A stretch of DNA of 32,000 nucleotides from positions 510,001 to 542,000 of the forward strand of contig JBDHVY010000001.1 of the NCBI GenBank assembly GCA_039809905.1. The letters are read 5' to 3'. Below are positions 24,460-31,988 of the stretch, one piece after another. How positions within the stretch are numbered: position 1 is the stretch's first letter; the number at the start of each line of letters is the position of its first letter. The notes under the pieces are model-generated. The model was not told where the DNA came from. It made no database searches and was given only the letters and a program-made list of their open reading frames with translations. The DNA comes from Candidatus Babelota bacterium (GTDB lineage Bacteria; Babelota; Babeliae; Babelales; Vermiphilaceae). The position numbers were made by a program, and so were the translations under genes.

Positions 24460-24639
24460 ATGAAGTGTCAAAAATGTGATGGTTTATTAGTTCTTCAAAC
24501 ATTTTTTGATCATCCTCTCAATTTTGAGGGGTGGAAATGCTTAAATTGTGGTAAAATAGTATTGAAAAAAGAAAAGACTATAGAATACGATTCATTTAGT
24601 CTTTTTTACCAACAACAGAAAAGTAAAAATCGAAATTAA
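24460..24639 (+). CDS. Small zinc-ribbon protein (59 aa), absent from the supplied ORF track
   Basis: My translation is MKCQKCDGLLVLQTFFDHPLNFEGWKCLNCGKIVLKKEKTIEYDSFSLFYQQQKSKNRN. AGGAG at 24449-24453 lies 6 nt before the ATG. The two CxxC pairs are 21 residues apart. The gene sits between ruvX and tsaB on the same strand. Confidence 0.65.
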   Translation: MKCQKCDGLLVLQTFFDHPLNFEGWKCLNCGKIVLKKEKTIEYDSFSLFYQQQKSKNRN

Positions 24640-24669
24640 CATTTGTAACCTTTTGCGCTATTCTTGAAT

Positions 24670-24705
24670 GGAGTCCCCATACGAGATGTCGATAAAGTAT
24701 GGGGC
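24670..24705 (+). repeat. Intercistronic hairpin family, copy b (5' of tsaB)
   Basis: ggagtCCCCATAC-gagatgtcgataaa-GTATGGGGc has an 8-bp perfect stem. It ends 16 nt before ATG 24722. Confidence 0.7.
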
Positions 24706-24721
24706 AAAATGATGGGGCAAA

Positions 24722-25348
24722 ATGCATTCATACTTAGCAATACAACACACACAAGACACATTTGAGATAGCACTGTGTATCGATAATAATATTATGGATA
24801 CAATTTCAGATGATAAACGCCACACGAGTAAATTATTTATTCCACATTTAGAGCAATTACTCAGCAAAAATAATATAACTTTTGCTGAGCTTTCTTTTTG
24901 CGTAGTTAATTGCGGACCAGGTCCCTTTTCTACCCTCAGATCAATTATTGCATCAGTGAATGGCTTGCATTTAGCAACCAACATGCCTTTAATAAGTATT
25001 GATGGTCTTGAAGCCACTTTTTTGGAATATTATGATCCTGTATATGAAAACACCGTTGTTTTACTGAATGCCTTCAATAATGAAAGTTATTATTTAACTG
25101 CTCATGGCAACAAAATTATATCCACCGGATATAAAAATACCGATATATTAAAACAGGAAATCGTAGAACAATTCGCTGCACCATCCCTTAATATTATCGA
25201 TAATAAAACCTGTTCGGTTGAAACTATTGGACGCCTTGGATATGAAAAGTATATCAACAAACAACCATTAGATGGATATCTTTTGCCTCTGCACTTGAAA
25301 AAACATCCTGTAGAACGTAACTTTCAACAGCCTTTTGATAAAAAATAA
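24722..25348 (+). CDS. tsaB: tRNA threonylcarbamoyladenosine biosynthesis protein TsaB (YeaZ)
   Basis: The 208-aa ORF has the TsaB pattern: N-terminal LAIQHTQDTFEIAL (compare ILAIDTATE..SVAL), then H(T)SKLFIPHLEQLL, then CGPGPFSTLRSIIASVNGL (compare GPGSFTGVRIG). Confidence 0.8.
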   Translation: MHSYLAIQHTQDTFEIALCIDNNIMDTISDDKRHTSKLFIPHLEQLLSKNNITFAELSFCVVNCGPGPFSTLRSIIASVNGLHLATNMPLISIDGLEATFLEYYDPVYENTVVLLNAFNNESYYLTAHGNKIISTGYKNTDILKQEIVEQFAAPSLNIIDNKTCSVETIGRLGYEKYINKQPLDGYLLPLHLKKHPVERNFQQPFDKK

Positions 25349-25402
25349 CAATTAATATATGCTAATAGAGAATGAAAAAGCATAGCCTAAAGGAGCGCTT
25401 TT

Positions 25403-26011
25403 ATGAAGATATACAACGCCATTTTAGCAGCATTGACAGCAATAACTTTTGCAAGCATAACAATAGCTCAAGAAACAAACTTAAATCAACAAGATCTTGA
25501 AGAAAAAGAACGGGCAGAACGCAGTAATAGACCTATTGTCCCTGTCATATTTAGGAGTTCAAGAGAGGGTTTACCATGGGATGTTAATAAAACACCTACA
25601 ACTCCTGATACCATTTATCATTATGTGAACCCTGCTTCTGCTCGAAATTTTTATCGCAAGCGTATATTTTTCGGTACAGATCAATCAGGCAAACCTTGTT
25701 ATAAAAGAATTAGGGAACACGCAAAAGATAATCCTGAGTTTGGCAATGTTGGGCTAGTTATATTTCACCAGCAAGCGTGGCATAAATTACATTTTTCTGA
25801 CTCGTTTGAAGTGGTAGGCACCTATGCTGATGAATCTGCACGGAACAAATTAATTAACAGCATGAGTGGATTTTGGATATTAACTGAAGGCAATGGTGGT
25901 GTATGGTGTCCAGAACAAAATGTATTTATTGGTGGAACGCGAGATAAGCAGATATGTGATAGATTTGCTGAATATATGAAACAATCAGAACAATCAAAAA
26001 AGATGGAATAG
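25403..26011 (+). CDS. Hypothetical exported protein (orphan)
   Basis: The 202-aa ORF has an AGGAG Shine-Dalgarno 7 nt upstream and the signal peptide MKIYNAILAALTAITFASITIAQ. No family recognised. Confidence 0.65.
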   Translation: MKIYNAILAALTAITFASITIAQETNLNQQDLEEKERAERSNRPIVPVIFRSSREGLPWDVNKTPTTPDTIYHYVNPASARNFYRKRIFFGTDQSGKPCYKRIREHAKDNPEFGNVGLVIFHQQAWHKLHFSDSFEVVGTYADESARNKLINSMSGFWILTEGNGGVWCPEQNVFIGGTRDKQICDRFAEYMKQSEQSKKME

Positions 26012-26064
26012 TTTTTGATTTTCGTCCTTCGATAGATTTTACTATCTCAAACATTTCGTAAAAC

Positions 26065-26116
26065 ATTCAGGCCGAACGGGTTAAAAATTTACTTTCTTAC
26101 TCCGTTCGGCCTGAAT
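26065..26116 (+). terminator. Perfect 15-bp GC-rich inverted repeat; probable operon terminator and member of the CGYTCGSCCTGAA repeat family
   Basis: attcaggccgaacgg (26065-26079) pairs with ccgttcggcctgaat (26102-26116) around a 22-nt spacer. It starts 54 nt after the stop at 26011 and is followed by atttatattt. Confidence 0.55.
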
Positions 26117-26168
26117 ATTTATATTTAAGCATGAATCTTTAAAATGACCCACCGCGCTCATTAGCTTA

Positions 26169-26226
26169 GCCCCATGCTTCACTCTGTTACACATGGGGTC
26201 CCCAATGAAACGAAGTGTAATTGGGG
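26169..26226 (+). repeat. Intercistronic hairpin family, copies c1 and c2 (adjacent double hairpin)
   Basis: c1 is GCCCCATG-cttcactctgttaca-CATGGGGT (8 bp; the terminal G-U works only on +). It is followed immediately by c2, tCCCCAAT-gaaacgaagtgta-ATTGGGG (7 bp). Confidence 0.7.
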
Positions 26227-26277
26227 TGAAAAGAATTAAGCGCATAAAAAAGCGCTCGAAAGATACCCTTCAACAAG

Positions 26278-26293
26278 TTCAGGGCGAGCGCAG
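26278..26293. repeat. Half-site of the GC-rich palindromic repeat family
   Basis: ttcagggcgagcgcag shares a 15-nt match, tcagggcgagcgcag, with 15629-15643. It can pair with ccgttcggcctgaa (26102-26115) with one mismatch and one wobble, enclosing 26116-26277. Confidence 0.6.
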
Positions 26294-26354
26294 CGAGAAA
26301 TAAACTAAGACAAGGAAAATTTAGTCTTCCGCAAGTTTGAAAAATTGGGCTTTT

Positions 26355-27257
26355 TTACGCTCCATATTCTCGCAACAACTGCTCAAGATTATGATAATTA
26401 TATTTCATAGCAATAGTCAGCGCAGTGCCAACTTCGTTATCAATAACACGGTCTACCACAGCTCCCTCATCCAAAAGCACACGAACACCATCTATATTAT
26501 TTTTTTCAACAGCCATGATAAGCAAGGTTTTGCCATTTTCTAAGCAATTAACATCAGCTTGAGCATGATGAACAAATAATGATATTAATGCACTATTTTT
26601 TTTATGTTCAATAATATACCACAGTAATTCCGATGCTTTTTGCTGAGCAATACGAACTTTTTTACTAAACAATGTTTCTACAGCAGCATAATCATTGTCT
26701 TCTACTGCTCTTTTAAATGCTTGTTCAGCATAATTTGCTAAAAGTCCGCTTTTTGCGCGAGTCTTTTGGCGATCTTTGCCCCACGCAATAAATAACCCTA
26801 TATCCTCGGCATACTTATTGCGAGCAAGAGACAATAAGACAGGTGTTTCCATATCAAAACAAGGATACTCTAACAACAAATCCAACCATTCATAATACAT
26901 GTTTTTTTTACTATACGCATGCATCATTCCATAAATAATATTTAGTTTTTCTTCTAAAGATAAACAAATTGTTTCATCTTTAATTATTTTTTCTACCACA
27001 AGTCGTGCACAGCTACACTTAAATTGACTGATTACTTTAATAATAAGATCAACATCATGCGTCAAAAATAATGAATTCATTTCTTGATACACATGTTCGA
27101 TAGAAAAATTAATCGTAGCATCTGATTTAGTATCACATATATCAATATGTGTTGAAGTTACCAAATTTTTCTTATTATTATTTAAAAAAAATATACTAAT
27201 GCAAAAAAAAGACATAATAATAAATAACCGGAGAACTCCTTCTTGCCTGCCTTCCAT
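26355..27257 (-). CDS. Membrane-anchored protein with C-terminal ankyrin repeats
   Basis: ORF 26355..27281. ATG 27257 has a GGGGGAG Shine-Dalgarno 6 nt upstream. The N-terminal TM segment is LRLFIIMSFFCISIFFL. The C-terminal ANK-like sequence is GKTLLIMAVEKNNIDGVRVLLDEGAVVD...GTALTIAMKYNYHNLEQLLREYGA. Confidence 0.7.
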   Translation of the reverse strand: MEGRQEGVLRLFIIMSFFCISIFFLNNNKKNLVTSTHIDICDTKSDATINFSIEHVYQEMNSLFLTHDVDLIIKVISQFKCSCARLVVEKIIKDETICLSLEEKLNIIYGMMHAYSKKNMYYEWLDLLLEYPCFDMETPVLLSLARNKYAEDIGLFIAWGKDRQKTRAKSGLLANYAEQAFKRAVEDNDYAAVETLFSKKVRIAQQKASELLWYIIEHKKNSALISLFVHHAQADVNCLENGKTLLIMAVEKNNIDGVRVLLDEGAVVDRVIDNEVGTALTIAMKYNYHNLEQLLREYGA

Positions 27258-27400
27258 TACATACTCCCCCATCCTCAACAAAAAACGCCTTTTACACCTT
27301 CTATAACAATAGTGTAATAATCAAAAACATAAAAAATCAACAAAATTTGTAAGTACTATTTGAAAAAATAAAACAACTTTTTATTTGGTCATAATTATTA

Positions 27401-27434
27401 CCCCCCATGTTCCACGCCGTTTGACACGAGGACC
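27401..27434 (-). repeat. Intercistronic hairpin family, copy e (minus strand, 3' of rsmE)
   Basis: On the - strand it reads ggtCCTCGTG-tcaaacggcgtggaa-CATGGGGgg. The 7-bp stem has two wobble pairs that are valid only on the - strand, which is the sense strand of both flanking genes. Confidence 0.6.
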
Positions 27435-27493
27435 TGCACGTAGAGTAATTAAACAGGGAAATAAAGTATACGAACTCAAAAGATAAACAAAAA

Positions 27494-28240
27494 CTAAAGT
27501 ATAGAGCGAATAACACCAGCACCAAGAGATGCTGCTTGAAAAGCTCGTATAACAGTAGGCGTAAGAGCACAAAAAATAAATGCTTTTTTACGTACCAATT
27601 CTTTTTCTTCTAAACTTAAATCTCCTTCTGGTCCAACCAAAAGCAGTATCTTGCGAGTTTTTTCCGCCTGTATAAGTGTCATCACATCATATAATTTTTT
27701 TCCGGCTGGATCAAAAAATAACTTTATACAATCGGCAGCATGCTGATTAAACGCAGCATCAAGAGATATGGGTTCTTGTAATAGTGGATACGAAAAATTT
27801 TTAGATTGCTCTGCTGCAGCAATAAGTATTCGTTCAGCACGCTCACGATCCTTGCTTGCCCATTGATGAGCTGTTTTTTGCGTAAATATTAATTGAATTG
27901 TATTAACTCCAACTTCCGTAAGTGCATATAAAGCTGCTTCGTAATCATCTCGCTTAAGCAACGGCAATAAAAAGGTTACCGATGGCTGCAATGCCATATT
28001 TTTTTGATATGACACTATTTCCACAGAAAATTGTTTTTTACCAATAAAACTGATGATTTTAGCCTCTATGTGTATCTGACGATCAAAAAAAATACATCTA
28101 TCATCTGTTCTTAGCCGTAAAACATTCACTATTCTATGCAACAATTTTTCATCGGAAAATGTTACCATACTACCAGTTTTTTTTTCTTGAATAAGTGAAG
28201 ATAATGTTTCTACAAATAAAGCAAATTCGTGTTTTTCCAT
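27494..28240 (-). CDS. rsmE: 16S rRNA (uracil1498-N3)-methyltransferase RsmE
   Basis: ORF 27494..28252 starts with TTG; the first ATG is at 28240. RsmE-like features include a PUA-like N-terminus and the C-terminal LLVGPEGDLSLEE motif (compare IGPEGG.S..E). Confidence 0.8.
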   Translation of the reverse strand: MEKHEFALFVETLSSLIQEKKTGSMVTFSDEKLLHRIVNVLRLRTDDRCIFFDRQIHIEAKIISFIGKKQFSVEIVSYQKNMALQPSVTFLLPLLKRDDYEAALYALTEVGVNTIQLIFTQKTAHQWASKDRERAERILIAAAEQSKNFSYPLLQEPISLDAAFNQHAADCIKLFFDPAGKKLYDVMTLIQAEKTRKILLLVGPEGDLSLEEKELVRKKAFIFCALTPTVIRAFQAASLGAGVIRSIL

Positions 28241-28256
28241 AGCAAAAAGCAAAAGA

Positions 28257-28628
28257 TTATATTATACGGTGGTACCATTGCATAAGGGCAGTTTTAGCGC
28301 TTCTAAAATAAGTTTTCATGTTTTCGCGCATGTTAATATAGCGAATCAATAAAACACCTAACATTTCTTTACATAATGCTTCAGCTTTGCTTATTTTTGG
28401 CGGAATTACGTTATCGCTAACATTTTTGTCATACTCTTCAATATCCTGCATATCTTTATCCATAGCATAATCATGCTGATTATCATATCCATTTTCTAAT
28501 GAGTCAGCATCAAGAAAAGTAGTATTATTCTCTAATTTAGGCATACGAGAAACTGATTTAAGATCTTCAAAAGCATAACTTTTACTACTTATTAAAATGA
28601 TGATAGCAATAAGTACTATTTTTTTCAT
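28257..28628 (-). CDS. Small exported protein (orphan)
   Basis: ORF 28257..28826 would overlap the secA start. The internal ATG 28628 has an AGGA Shine-Dalgarno 8 nt upstream and gives MKKIVLIAIIILISSKSYA, a signal peptide. Confidence 0.6.
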   Translation of the reverse strand: MKKIVLIAIIILISSKSYAFEDLKSVSRMPKLENNTTFLDADSLENGYDNQHDYAMDKDMQDIEEYDKNVSDNVIPPKISKAEALCKEMLGVLLIRYINMRENMKTYFRSAKTALMQWYHRII

Positions 28629-28804
28629 AAAAAATGATCCTTTTTTATAACTATAATATCTTAATAAAGTACCTAAAAAATTAAAAAAAGCTCTTTTTTT
28701 TGCAAAAAGCTTTTTTGCTTGCCCGAGACATATTGAGCAACCCTCTTTTTTTTGATACTCTTGCAAATATACGGTAAAAAAACCTAATAAAATGGGGCTC
28801 AATA

Positions 28805-31234
28805 ATGATCTCACGGATAATTGCAAAAATCGTTGGCACTAATAATGAACGTCAAATAAAAAAATTACTTCCTATTGTTGAAAAAATTAATGCATTAGAA
28901 CCATCAATCAAGCTTTTATCTGATGAACAACTTGCGCAGAAAACTGTTGAATTTAAATCGCAGTTAGCTGCAGGAAAATCACTTGATGATATTTTACCTG
29001 AAGCGTTTGCTGTTGTTCGCGAGGCAGGATTTCGAACCCTCGGGCAACGGCATTTCGATGTCCAGCTCATGGGTGGGATTGTACTCCATCAAGGTAAAAT
29101 TTCTGAAATGAAAACGGGTGAAGGTAAAACACTCACCGCAACATTACCTCTCTATTTAAATGCCTTAACCGGAAAAGGTGCACACTTAGTTACCGTAAAC
29201 GATTATCTTGCGCGTCGCGATTCTGAATGGATGAGTCCTATTTATAAATTTCTTGGTCTTGAAGTTGCGTGTTTGCAGAATGCAATGAGCGATGAAGAAC
29301 GTCAAAAAGCTTATGCTGCTGATATTTTGTATGCAACAAACAATGAGCTTGGTTTTGATTACTTACGCGACAATATGAAATTTCGCAAAAGTGATCTTGT
29401 GCAACGTGCCCTTGCATTTGCAATTGTTGATGAGGTCGATTCCATTTTAATCGATGAAGCAAGAACTCCTCTTATTATTTCTGGTTCTGCTGAAGAAGTA
29501 GGAAACCTTTATCGCGATGCTGATCGTGTTGTATCTCATTTAGAAAAAATAACGGATTATGAAGTTGATGAAAAAGCTCGCACCGTGCTTTTAACTGAAT
29601 CTGGTGTTGATAAAATTGAACATGCATTTAATATTTCTAACTTATATCTTATCGAACACATGAAATTATTGCATCACATTAATCAAGCATTGCGCGCACA
29701 CGCTCTTTTCAAACGCGATGTTGATTATGTGGTAGCAAATAATCAGGTATTAATTGTTGATGAATTTACCGGAAGAATTTTACCGGGACGCCGTTATAGT
29801 GATGGATTACATCAGGCGCTTGAGGCAAAAGAAAACGTTGAAATTGAACGCGAAAGCCAAACGCTTGCCAGCATTACACTCCAAAATTTCTTCAGACTTT
29901 ATAAAAAACTCGCAGGTATGACCGGTACTGCAGCAACTGAAAGCGAAGAGTTTCATAATATTTATAAACTTGATGTAATCTCTATCCCACCAAATCGCAC
30001 AATGATTAGAAAAGATATGCCAGATCTTATCTTTTTAACTAAAAACGCAAAATATAAAGCCATTGTAGAAGATATCAGAGAACGATATGCAAAAGGTCAA
30101 CCCGTTCTTATCGGTACTATTGCAATTGAAACATCAGAATTATTGAGTACCATTTTAACTGCACATGGCATTAAACATGATGTCCTTAACGCAAAACAAC
30201 ATGAACGAGAAGCTGAAATTGTTGCTCATGCAGGTGAATCTGGACGAATTACCATCGCAACAAATATGGCTGGTCGTGGTACTGATATTAAACTGACACC
30301 AGAATCAATTGCAGCAGGAGGTTTATATATCTTAGGAACAGAACGCCACGAAAGCAGAAGAATTGATAATCAGTTACGTGGACGATCTGGTCGTCAAGGA
30401 GACCCTGGCGAATCTCGTTTTTATATTTCATTAGAAGATGATTTAGTACGTATTTTTGCGGGAGAATCGTTAAAAAATAAAATGGTTTTCTTTGGTATGC
30501 AAGAAGACGAAATTATAGAATCACGTCTTGTCTCAAAAACTATTGAACGAGCACAAGAACGTGTTGAAAAACACAACTTTGATAATCGTAAGCATTTGCT
30601 GGAATATGATGATGTTTTAAATCAGCAACGTATTGTTATTTATGATCATCGTCTTGATGCTCTTGAAGGTGAAAATCGTATTTATGAATTGATCCGAGAT
30701 TTTATTACTACCATTATTCAAGATCTAATTGCGTATAATGCACCAACAAGAAATATAACAAACGATCAAGTTGCCAAAATATATGAAGCTTTAGAATACA
30801 TAACAGGTCTTAAAGCGAAAGAATTTGAAAATGCAGCTTTAAGCACAGCAAACGTTGAATTATTTGAAAAAGATCTCATTATTTTCTTGCTTGAGCGCTA
30901 TGAATTATATCGCAAACAGCACAATGAAGCTATCATGAAAGCTGCCGAAAAATGGCTTGTTTTAGAGACAATTGATAAAGCATGGCGTCAGCATATGCTT
31001 AATCTTGATCATCTGAAAGAAGGAATTGGTTTGCGCGGCTGGGGACAAAAAAATCCGCTTATTGAATACAAACGAGAAGCTTTTGATATGTTCCGTGAAA
31101 TGATGTCTCATATTCGCTTTGATATTGTTCATCATATTTTCCATGCTAATCTTACCCAGATTAATACAGAAGAACTTGAAGAACAACGCGATGAAGAAAT
31201 GGAACGTCTCAATTTTTCCGGAACAGAACAATAA
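28805..31234 (+). CDS. secA: Preprotein translocase ATPase SecA
   Basis: The 809-aa ORF has the N-terminal KIVGTNNERQIKKL and the DEAD-like motor motifs MKTGEGKTL, DEVDSILIDEARTPLIISG, GMTGTA, TNMAGRGTDI and LRGRSGRQGDPG. Confidence 0.95.
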   Translation: MISRIIAKIVGTNNERQIKKLLPIVEKINALEPSIKLLSDEQLAQKTVEFKSQLAAGKSLDDILPEAFAVVREAGFRTLGQRHFDVQLMGGIVLHQGKISEMKTGEGKTLTATLPLYLNALTGKGAHLVTVNDYLARRDSEWMSPIYKFLGLEVACLQNAMSDEERQKAYAADILYATNNELGFDYLRDNMKFRKSDLVQRALAFAIVDEVDSILIDEARTPLIISGSAEEVGNLYRDADRVVSHLEKITDYEVDEKARTVLLTESGVDKIEHAFNISNLYLIEHMKLLHHINQALRAHALFKRDVDYVVANNQVLIVDEFTGRILPGRRYSDGLHQALEAKENVEIERESQTLASITLQNFFRLYKKLAGMTGTAATESEEFHNIYKLDVISIPPNRTMIRKDMPDLIFLTKNAKYKAIVEDIRERYAKGQPVLIGTIAIETSELLSTILTAHGIKHDVLNAKQHEREAEIVAHAGESGRITIATNMAGRGTDIKLTPESIAAGGLYILGTERHESRRIDNQLRGRSGRQGDPGESRFYISLEDDLVRIFAGESLKNKMVFFGMQEDEIIESRLVSKTIERAQERVEKHNFDNRKHLLEYDDVLNQQRIVIYDHRLDALEGENRIYELIRDFITTIIQDLIAYNAPTRNITNDQVAKIYEALEYITGLKAKEFENAALSTANVELFEKDLIIFLLERYELYRKQHNEAIMKAAEKWLVLETIDKAWRQHMLNLDHLKEGIGLRGWGQKNPLIEYKREAFDMFREMMSHIRFDIVHHIFHANLTQINTEELEEQRDEEMERLNFSGTEQ

Positions 31235-31235
31235 T

Positions 31236-31649
31236 TTAGTCACTATTTTTTTTCTGTACGATTGGCAATTCTTCTACCATAGGAGAATATGGCCTACTTT
31301 GGGTGATGGTAAATAATTGCGTGTCATAGTTACCTTTTTCTATATCAGAAAACTTTAATTGGATATTGCCCTTATCATCACACCCAATTTGTTTACAAGT
31401 ATATGCTCGACTCAAAACACGTTGATTTGACTGTTGCTCATAAATAGCAAAATGTGCTTTTTGATGTTGATTGCCAAATCTACGTTTTTCGTTTTTATGT
31501 ATAGGAATAAGAGTTTTATCTATTTTATTATAAATTATTACTCTACCAGCTTTATCATTGATAAAAGTTGTCAAACAGGCATGTATGTTCATTGTCTGCA
31601 TAATAGTCATCAGTAGAATCACCATCATTGCGTGTTTATATTTTATCAT
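31236..31649 (-). CDS. Hypothetical exported protein (orphan)
   Basis: ORF 31236..31655 starts with GTG. ATG 31649 gives MIKYKHAMMVILLMTIMQTMNIHA, a signal peptide. The choice of start is uncertain by 2 codons. Confidence 0.55.
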   Translation of the reverse strand: MIKYKHAMMVILLMTIMQTMNIHACLTTFINDKAGRVIIYNKIDKTLIPIHKNEKRRFGNQHQKAHFAIYEQQSNQRVLSRAYTCKQIGCDDKGNIQLKFSDIEKGNYDTQLFTITQSRPYSPMVEELPIVQKKNSD

Positions 31650-31691
31650 GAACACCCTTTTTTATTATCCCATCTTTTGTCTTATCTCTTC

Positions 31692-31988
31692 TTAAATTAC
31701 ATTTTCAAAAATGCAAATAGCAATACTGAAGACTTTTTTAAACATAATTTTATCTAAATAAAAGGATATTTTTGTAATTACCTTCAATCCATTGAATGTG
31801 TCAATAAGAAAAGTGTATCCTTTAGATGTATTTAATAATATGAAGTTACAGATATAAAAAAAAGTAGATACTGTTATGGTAAAAAACATAATTACCCTTA
31901 TTTTAAATATTTTTTTGATTATATTTTTTACTCCTTCATATAGCATGGTACCAAAGCTTATAAGACTTCCATCCACGAAAGCCCCCAA
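31692..31988 (-). CDS. Possible small membrane protein; low confidence and close to the window edge
   Basis: The 98-aa ORF has a TTG start and is very AT-rich and hydrophobic (FFTITVSTFFYICNFILL). No clear Shine-Dalgarno and no family recognised. It could be non-coding. Confidence 0.25.
   Translation of the reverse strand: MGAFVDGSLISFGTMLYEGVKNIIKKIFKIRVIMFFTITVSTFFYICNFILLNTSKGYTFLIDTFNGLKVITKISFYLDKIMFKKVFSIAICIFENVI

Noticed and set aside
24658-25017. A 119-aa minus-strand ORF overlapping the tsaB 5' region.
   Set aside because: It is antisense to the well-supported tsaB and runs through hairpin b. It has no Shine-Dalgarno and no recognisable family.
23799-27434. I asked whether the repeated GGTCCCC...GGGG hairpins could be a degenerate CRISPR array.
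   Set aside because: The copies are hundreds to thousands of bp apart with genes between them. Their stems differ in sequence and one copy is on the other strand. No cas genes are present.
27337-27572. Track ORFs 27337..27570 and 27381..27572 (-) downstream of or overlapping the rsmE 3' end.
   Set aside because: They overlap the rsmE terminus and hairpin copy e, have no Shine-Dalgarno and have an implausible Cys/Tyr/Ser-rich composition.
281-28826. Longer N-terminal extensions offered by the ORF track at 281, 8639, 19198, 23806, 27281 and 28826.
   Set aside because: In each case an internal ATG with a Shine-Dalgarno gives a canonical signal peptide or family N-terminus. The extension would also run through a terminator hairpin (19198), a family hairpin (23806) or the divergent secA start region (28826).
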